Origin: an uncultured Chloroflexia bacterium | Lineage (GTDB): Bacteria > Chloroflexota > Limnocylindria > Limnocylindrales > CSP1-4 | DNA: 64,000 nt | Assembly (NCBI GenBank): GCA_963721655.1 | Contig: CAVRKH010000008.1 | Span: 1,026 to 65,025 of the forward strand | Reading direction: 5' to 3' | Shown: piece after piece, positions 57,855-64,000 of the stretch | Numbering within the stretch: position 1 is the first letter of the stretch | Layout of the letters: every line of letters begins with the position of its first letter | The notes under the pieces: model-generated | Databases searched by the model: none | What the model was told of the DNA's origin: nothing | Seen by the model: only the letters and a program-made list of their open reading frames with translations | Made by a program: the position numbers and the translations under genes

Positions 57855-58362
57855 CTACGGCGCGGTCCCGGGAGCACGCGAACGCGTCCGGCTCTTCGCC
57901 TCGATGTCGCCGCGGTGGGCGTCGTAGTGACCGATCAGGACCAGCTCGATCGTCTCCGCGAGCACCTGGGATCGGGCGCGCGGCGGCCGAGTGGGCAGGT
58001 TCAGCTGCTCGTCCGTGAGCCCGAGGATGAGCTCGATTCCTTCCTCGGTTCGACGGCGCAGCAGCGCGACCGCCTCCTGTGGCGACAGGTCGGTGGTGAG
58101 CTGCTTTCGTTCGAGGACCGGACGTCGCGATGGCACCTTCTGGCCGATCGTGAGGCGGACGATCCACTGGTGATAGCCGGCGGCCTCGATGACGTGCTCG
58201 ACGTCCTTGCCGATCGACCACACGCCGGGTGCCGGAATGTGCCGCCACCGATCCGGCTCGATGTGCGCGATGACCGAGATCAGCGCGGCGGCAGCCTCGT
58301 CGAGTCGCGCCGCGAGCGTCGCCGCGCGCTCCGACCGCGCACTGCTCGTCCACGCGGCGCAT
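57855..58362 (-). pseudogene. DinB-family protein, one frame change near the N-terminus
   Basis: The frame of ORF 57855..58223 stays open upstream (ERAATLAARLDEAAAALISVIAHIEPDRWRHIPAPG) but has no start codon there. The ATG 58362 (MRRVDEQ..) is in another frame. Confidence 0.5.
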
Positions 58363-58660
58363 TCTTTGCGGACGCTGGCATGACGTCAACGGTCGCGGAC
58401 TCCACCAAAACGGGTGGTGTCGCACGGTCATGCACGGGTAATATCCGGGTTCCGGCGGGGGAATCCGATCGAGGCCCCGCGGCCGGCAGCCGCCATCCCG
58501 CCTTGTATCGCCGGAACAGGGGAGGGCCGCCAACAGTTCGTCCCACTGCCCACCATCAGCGCGAGGGTTGACCTTGGCTGGGGAGTCCAATCGCGACCCG
58601 GACCGCGACTCTGCACTTTCGCTGAGCGGTCGAAACAGCACCACACGAGGAGCAAACCAC

Positions 58661-59821
58661 ATGAGCGATCAGGAGCAGGTGCCCGAGACCCTGGCGGTCT
58701 TCGTCCTGGATAACGGAGCGGCGGCGAAGCGCCTCCTCGAGGCGGTCGACAAGATCGACGAGGTCAACGACAACGTGCAGATCGTCGACGCCGCGATCGT
58801 CGATCGGACGAAGCGGCGTGGTGCCGTCAAGGTCCACCAGACGCGGGACCGGGGGGCATTGAAGGGCGGCGTCCGTGGCACGGCGATCGGGGTGGTCGTG
58901 GGCACGATCATCGCGGGCCCGGCGGGAGCGGTCGTGGCCGGCGCGGCCGGCGGGCTCCTCCACAGTCTCCGCAGCCGCTTCCACGACATCGGCATCGACG
59001 ACAAGTTCATGAAGCAGGTCGCGAAGGAGATCGAGAAGGGCAAGAGCGCCCTGTTCGTGCAGTACACGGGCACCTGGGCCGCGTCGATCGGGTTGGTCGA
59101 GCAGGCGATCCAGGCCGAGAACGCCCTGCTCATCACGAGCACGCTGCCCGCCGAGACCGCGGCTGCACTGAGGGCGCTGGTCGAGCCCGCCGCCGAATCA
59201 CTGGGTGGCGACGAGGTGGTCGCCGACTTCGAGATCGAGGTCGAGGAAGCCCCGGAGGAGGAGGCCGCGCCGGCAGAGGAGGCCGCCCCTGTGGCAGCGG
59301 CGGCCGGCGACGACCTGACCCAGCTGGTCGGGATTGGACCCAAGGCAGCGGGTGCCTTGACCGCGGCCGGGATCGCGACCTACGCCGCGCTGTCCGAAGC
59401 GAACGAGCCGCAGATCCGCCGAGCACTCCACGATGCCGACATGACGCCACCGGGCAACGTGTCGACGTGGCCCATGCAGGCATCCCTCGCCAGCAAGGGC
59501 GACTGGCAGGGCCTGATGAAGCTCAACGAGAAGCAGCGAGCCACTGCAAAGCCAGCCGCACCGCGGACTGACGCTGCCGCCGCGGCTCCGCCCGACGACC
59601 TGACCCAGATCAACGGCATCGGTCCGCGGATCTCCACGATCCTGAACGAGGGCGGGATCACGACCTACGCCGACCTGCAGCGCGCGAACACCGGAGAGCT
59701 GCGCCAGATCATCGCGGTCGGTGGAGCCCTGCCGCCCTCGAGCCTCGAGAGCTGGCCGACGCAGGCCTCCTACGCGGCGCGCGGTGATTGGTCAGGTCTG
59801 GCGACCTACAACCGCCGCTGA
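58661..59821 (+). CDS. DUF1269-like glycine-zipper membrane protein fused to two helix-hairpin-helix repeats
   Basis: ATG 58661 after GAGGAG. ..GGVRGTAIGVVVGTIIAGPAGAVVAGAAGG.. is followed by an acidic linker and 2 x (DDLTQ(L/I)(V/N)GIGP...W(P)(M/T)QAS(L/Y)A(S/A)(K/R)GDW). Confidence 0.65.
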   Translation: MSDQEQVPETLAVFVLDNGAAAKRLLEAVDKIDEVNDNVQIVDAAIVDRTKRRGAVKVHQTRDRGALKGGVRGTAIGVVVGTIIAGPAGAVVAGAAGGLLHSLRSRFHDIGIDDKFMKQVAKEIEKGKSALFVQYTGTWAASIGLVEQAIQAENALLITSTLPAETAAALRALVEPAAESLGGDEVVADFEIEVEEAPEEEAAPAEEAAPVAAAAGDDLTQLVGIGPKAAGALTAAGIATYAALSEANEPQIRRALHDADMTPPGNVSTWPMQASLASKGDWQGLMKLNEKQRATAKPAAPRTDAAAAAPPDDLTQINGIGPRISTILNEGGITTYADLQRANTGELRQIIAVGGALPPSSLESWPTQASYAARGDWSGLATYNRR

Positions 59822-59872
59822 CATCGCACGGTCCCACGCCCGGGTCGAAGGGCCCGGGCGTGGGACGAGGAT

Positions 59873-60272
59873 TTGCCTGTGGCGAAAACGATCGTCAACA
59901 CCCCGGACGCCCCCGGGTCGGCGTCTCACGGCACGTTTCCGTACAGCCAGGCCGTGATCGCGGGCGGGCTCGTCTTCGTCAGTGGCCAGGGCCCCTTCGA
60001 TCCCGCGACCGGGTCGATCGTCGGTTCGACCATCCAGGAGCAGACCCGGCAGGTCCTGCGCAACTGCGACGCCATCCTCCGCGCCGCAGGGAGCTCGATG
60101 GACAAGGTCGTGAGCGCGACCTTCATCCTCCGCGCACCCGGAGGACTTCGCCGGGATGAACGAGGAGTGGGCTCGCTGGTTCACGACCGATCCGCCGGCT
60201 CGGCAGGGCGCCGCGCATCCCCTGGACATCGAGGGGTTCCGGATCTCGATCGCGCTCGTCGCCGAAGCCTGA
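59873..60272 (+). pseudogene. RidA/YjgF family protein, one frame change
   Basis: ..YSQAVIAGGLVFVSGQGPFDPATG.. is in ORF 59873..60331. The expected end DFAGMNEEWARWFTTDPPARQGAAHPLDIEGFRISIALVAEA* is in another frame. Break near 60135-60140. Confidence 0.65.
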
Positions 60273-60327
60273 GCGACATGAGACCGGCCCCCGTCAGGGA
60301 CAGGGACCGGTCTGAGCAACGGGAGCG

Positions 60328-61490
60328 CTAGCCGCCGAGGCTGGCCGGGAGCGAGATCTCGCCTTCCTCGACGGGCACGAAGCCCCCATTCACGACCTCT
60401 TCGTCTCGGAATGGCATTGACGAATGCCGCGCAGCCTGCGCCCGCGGGCGACGACGGGTCCTCGAACCAGAGGATCACCTGCTGGGGTGAGCCGTCGCGG
60501 ACGATGACTGCGGACCGCGTGCCGACCGCCTGCCCTTCGGATGTCGACTGGATGATCTCGCCTCCAAGGATCCAGGTCGTGTCATCGAACATTCGGGAGC
60601 ACTCGAGCCCGATCGTGAACCGGTCTGATGCGATGGCGACGGTTGCCGTTCCGGCAAGCCGCGAGCCGATCGCCGACGCATCCGCGTTGACAGTTGCGCT
60701 CTGGTCCCCGAGGGGGAACGTGACCTGTCCGCTGACCGGTGTTGCAGCGCTGGGCGGCAGCGTGATCCCGCCTTCCTTGACTTGCCCGATCATGTCCTGA
60801 CCTTCAACGGCAGAGTCCGGAATATTCCTGACGAACTGCGCGCAGTCATCCCAGGTTCCTTCCGCCTGCCCGTAGAGATTGACCTGCTGTGGCGAAGTGT
60901 CGCGGACGGTCACGGCCAGCCATTGTCCGACCGGCCCCCCTCCACCCGAGGATTCCTCGACCGCACCAGCAAGGAACCAGGTCTGGTCGTCGAACTGACG
61001 CGCGCATTGGAGCCCGACCGTGTTTTCGCCGTCACCGACATCGCCTTCGCTGACATACGTGATCACGGCGCTCCCGGAGAGTCCGGTGATGGTGTCTCCT
61101 GCGACCGCAGTACCCAGGGTGAGCCGTCAGCCAGCGCATCCATGACGACGGTGATCTCACGGTCGGCGTCGAACGTGAATTGCCCGGTGACCGGACTGAG
61201 CGTGGCCGAAGGGGCGGGTGAGCTGGTTTCGACCGGCACACCGACGATCGCGTCACCGGGCAGGAATCGAGCTCCCCACCACAACCGCGATGAGAACGAC
61301 GGCCGCAACGGCCGCCAATCTTGATGAACGCATTCATTGTCTGGGACCTCCACGGCGACCACCTGGATCGCCGCTGGGGCGTCGAGGGCAGCTCGGACAA
61401 CACGGCATCCAGGACGCGGTCCGGGATCCCATTCGAGCCAGCCTCCAGCCAGGACCGGACGATGCGGTTGGCGTCGCGTTCGGAGTTCAT
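60328..61490 (-). pseudogene. membrane-anchored partner of the ECF sigma at 61487..62039, about five frame changes
   Basis: ATG 61490 overlaps the sigma stop. MNSERDANRIVRSWLE..PQRR. The TM segment (AAVAAVVLIAVVVGSS), FLPGDAIVGVPVETSS.. and two repeated domains (..GLQCARQFDDQTWFLAG.. / ..GLECSRMFDDTTWILGG..) alternate between three frames. Confidence 0.5.
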
Positions 61491-62039
61491 TGGGCTACCT
61501 CCCGCGCCACCGGTCGCGCGTCGGCGTCGAGGGCCGCGCGCAATGCACGCATCGCGTAGAAAAGTCGGGATCGAACGGTGCCGACGGGAACGCCGAGCGC
61601 CTCGGCGACGTCGACGAGCGAAAGGTCAAGGTGGTGGTGCAACACGACGACTGCGCGGTGGTCGACCGACAGCCGCCGGAACGCACGCTCCAGCTGGTCG
61701 CGGTCAGCGACGGTCGCGATGTCATCGGAAGCGGATGATTCGTCGAAGTGCATGACGCGGAGGTTCGGCGCCAGGCGCCGAGTCTTCTTCACCTCGGAGT
61801 AGCACGCACGGACGAGCAGGCGGTAGGCCCAACCGTCGAAGCGTGCGGGATCGCGAAGCTGTGGGAGGTCTCGCCAGATGGTCGAGCAGCGCCTGCTGCG
61901 TCGCATCGTCGGCGAGGTCGACGTCGCGAAGGATCCGGTGAGCGATGGCATGCAGCCGGTTGCCGATGACGACGGCGAGGCTCGCGAACGCCCCCTCGTC
62001 ACCGTGTTGCGCCTGCACGACCAGCTCGGTGGTGTCCAC
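61487..62039 (-). pseudogene. ECF sigma-70 factor, one frame change inside region 2
   Basis: VDTTELVVQAQHGDEGAF..DDATQQALL is in ORF 61722..62078. ..IWRDLPQLRDPARFDGWAYRLLV..VPVGTVRSRLFYA is in ORF 61487..62368. Break near 61875-61880, judged by alignment to the two paralogues. Confidence 0.7.
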
Positions 62040-62171
62040 GCCGCTCCCTTGATGAGCGCCCGGCCAGTCCGGGTGCATCTATAGGTGTATGGGAGCCGGG
62101 GCAGGCTGCGCGACTCAATCTGTTCCAAACTGCCCGGCAACGGGGTATGCGACACGAGGAACTGAGGGCGC

Positions 62172-63195
62172 GTGACGGAACCGCGATTGGCCCTTGGCCG
62201 CAGCGAAATTCTGGCGCATCGGCGGATGGTCGGATCGCTCGACGTGCGGCTCCCGGCCGGCACGGCATCGCTCGAGCGCGCCGCGTGGGCGGGACTCCAG
62301 GACAGCATGCCGCGCGCCGCCCTGCTCTCGATCCACGCGCGCGTTGAGGGCACGACGCCCGTCGGCACTGGAGGATCCGTCCCTCGTCCAGGTGTGGGGC
62401 CCGCGCTACAGCACCTACGTCATCGCGGCCGCCGACCGAGCGGTCTTCACGCTCGGCCGCCTGCCGGACGAGGGCAAGGCGCGCCGCCGCGCCGAGGACA
62501 TGGCGAACCGCCTGGACGCGTTCCTCGCCGGTCGCGCGATGGGCGACGTGGAGGCCGGTCGCGGCGTCGGTGTCAATCCGAGCGCGCTCCGCTACGGGGC
62601 GCCGACCGGGCGAATCCTGATCCGCTGGGACGGCGCCCGGCAGCCGACGGTCTGGACCGTGCCACCGCCGGCGATCGATCCGGTCGAGGCCCGCCACGAG
62701 CTCGCTCGCCGCTACCTTCATGTGTTCGGGCCAGGCACGCCGGAGGCATTCGCCGCGTGGGCGGGCATCTCGGCGGCGTCCGCGCACACGGCATTCGCGG
62801 CCCTCGGGTCTTCGCTCGTGCCCGTCCGGACGCCGATCGGCGACGGCTGGATCCTGGCCGCGGATGAGGCGACGTTCCGTGCCCCGCCGATCCCCGCAGC
62901 GCCGGCGAGGCTCCTCCCCAGCGGCGACACGTTCTTCCTGCTCCAGGGCGCCGACCGCGAGCTCCTCGTCCCCGACGCGGACCGCCGGGCGATGCTCTGG
63001 ACATCGCGCGTGTGGCCAGGCGCCGTCCTCGTCGAGGGCGAGGTCGTCGGAACGTGGCGGCGCTCGCAGGCGGTCGTCAGCATCGAGCCCTGGAGGAAGC
63101 TGACGGCCGCCCAACGGAACGCCATCGAGGAGGAGGCAGCGTCGATGCCGCTGCCCGGTATGGCGGGGTCGATCCGGGTGCGCTGGCCGCTCTAG
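62172..63195 (+). pseudogene. winged-helix DNA-binding domain protein (YcaQ/AlkZ-like family), one frame change
   Basis: The N-part is in ORF 62172..62867 (..LQDSMPRAALLSIHARVEG). It continues in ORF 62194..63195 (SALEDPSLVQVWGPRYSTYV..). Break near 62358-62362. Confidence 0.55.
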
Positions 63196-63281
63196 CGCCG
63201 CTCGATTCGACCCTCCAAGGCTGAAGCGGACACAGGATCAGTCTTCGCGGCTCTGTAACGCGCCGTCATGGCCTACTGACC

Positions 63282-63683
63282 GTGCCGGACGCTCGAGTCA
63301 GCATGCTTGTGAACGTGGACGACGAACGACTGAGCACGGGCGAGCTGTTGATGCAGTGGCGAGACGCGACGCGGGCCGCGGAGCTCGCCGAGCGCCTGGC
63401 CGAGATCGCAGCGCAAGCCGCGGACCAGGCCGATCGGGGCGCGCTGGCGTCGGATCAGATCGCCCGGATGGCCGAGAAGGCTGCCGTCGCCGCGGAGCGC
63501 GCTGCGCGGAGCGCACGAAAGGCGGCAGGGCAGGCCGCCGAGCTCGCCGTCGAGAACCGCGAGCAACGCCTGCGCGGCGCGGACGAGGCGCTCGTGACCG
63601 CTCGAGCGTCCGAGACGGAGGCGCGCGATCGCTTCCAGGATGCGGAACGGGCGACCAACCACCGTCAAGGACTGCCTCGCTAG
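63282..63683 (+). CDS. Ala-rich coiled-coil protein (paralogue of 21232..21589)
   Basis: ORF 63282..63683. DDERLSTGELLMQWRDATRAAELAERLAEIAAQAADQA.. resembles DEDETLSTASALNGWREAERSAAVA... Confidence 0.5.
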   Translation: MPDARVSMLVNVDDERLSTGELLMQWRDATRAAELAERLAEIAAQAADQADRGALASDQIARMAEKAAVAAERAARSARKAAGQAAELAVENREQRLRGADEALVTARASETEARDRFQDAERATNHRQGLPR

Positions 63684-63700
63684 CACGTACCATCTCGCGC

Positions 63701-64000
63701 ATGACAGCCGACGGGATCCGCGCCGCGATCGAGGCGGCAACCGGCCATTACGCCGCGCACCCTGAAGAGGCACGCTCGACCGACAGCGAAGCGAGGGCGT
63801 CGCTCGTCAACGGGCTTGTCATCGAGGTCGAGGGACCTGCCGGGGAGCACTTGACCACCGACATGGTTCGGTCGGTGGGCGGGACCGGTACCGCCCCGTC
63901 ACCTGGCTGGTTGCTCCGGGCGGCCGAGGCCAGTTGCGTCACCACCTTGATCGCGATGCGTGCCGCCGTCCTTGGTATCACCCTCGAAACCGTCGAAGTC
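63701..64000 (+). CDS. OsmC-like protein, 3' end outside window
   Basis: ATG 63701, open to the window edge. ..SLVNGLVIEVEGPAGEHLTTDM..GGTGTAPSPGWLLRAAEASCVTTLIAM.. Confidence 0.55.
   Translation, partial: MTADGIRAAIEAATGHYAAHPEEARSTDSEARASLVNGLVIEVEGPAGEHLTTDMVRSVGGTGTAPSPGWLLRAAEASCVTTLIAMRAAVLGITLETVEV

Noticed and set aside
47969-62170. The same GGAAC..CCCTAT promoter upstream of the second and third ECF sigma genes.
   Set aside because: A GGAAC is present upstream of both (around 48040 and 62125, minus strand). The downstream half differs and the spacing to any CGTC/CCC element is inconsistent, so no call was made.
1-64000. CRISPR arrays, rRNA genes, transposases, integrases and prophage genes.
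   Set aside because: No regularly spaced short direct repeats and no rRNA-like conserved stretches were seen. None of the ORF translations shows DDE, tyrosine or serine recombinase, HNH, RT or capsid-like motifs.

Overview
Strongly GC-rich bacterial chromosomal window (G+C not computed). Gene content looks Actinomycetota-like: EtfD-type Fe-S oxidoreductase, DinB/TIGR03086 proteins, NlpC/P60, DUF2252, frequent GTG starts. That placement is inference only. There are no rRNA genes, no CRISPR array, and no recognisable integrase, transposase or phage gene.

Core blocks, all with intact reading frames:
- ispH-der-tRNA-Pro (1.7-4.4 kb), and map (15.2-16.0 kb).
- moeA-moaC-mog-like operon (30.6-33.1 kb).
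- EtfD-like oxidoreductase, acyl-CoA dehydrogenase and etfBA cluster (33.1-38.8 kb).
- nrdR plus a dCTP-deaminase-like gene, preceded by tandem NrdR-box-like palindromes (39.4-41.2 kb).
- ccdA/thioredoxin-like/glutaredoxin-like cluster, tRNA-Arg(CCT), a class III cyclase, and a P450 coupled to a membrane protein.
- An ArsR-SRPBCC-DUF1801 operon.

Observations worth a second look:
1. The 3' half of tRNA-Pro is duplicated 5.2 kb downstream. The two copies bracket an island without an integrase, full of nested inverted repeats.
2. A hairpin-plus-mini-ORF intergenic repeat occurs in nine copies, all between 5.3 and 20.9 kb. It overlaps the start or stop codons of neighbouring genes. At 17.4-20.9 kb it alternates with exported-protein genes in a cassette-like array.
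3. Three paralogous modules pair an ECF sigma factor with a membrane-anchored beta-propeller or Kelch-like partner. One is a single in-frame sigma-TM-propeller ORF. The other two are frame-broken. A GGAAC..CCCTAT motif is triplicated next to the first module.
4. About 25 genes need one to five frame changes to give a sensible protein. These are mostly exported or accessory genes. Every core operon is intact. This means either real patchy pseudogenisation or non-random indel errors in the assembly.

All product calls rest on motif recognition by eye in the supplied translations. No database search was run.
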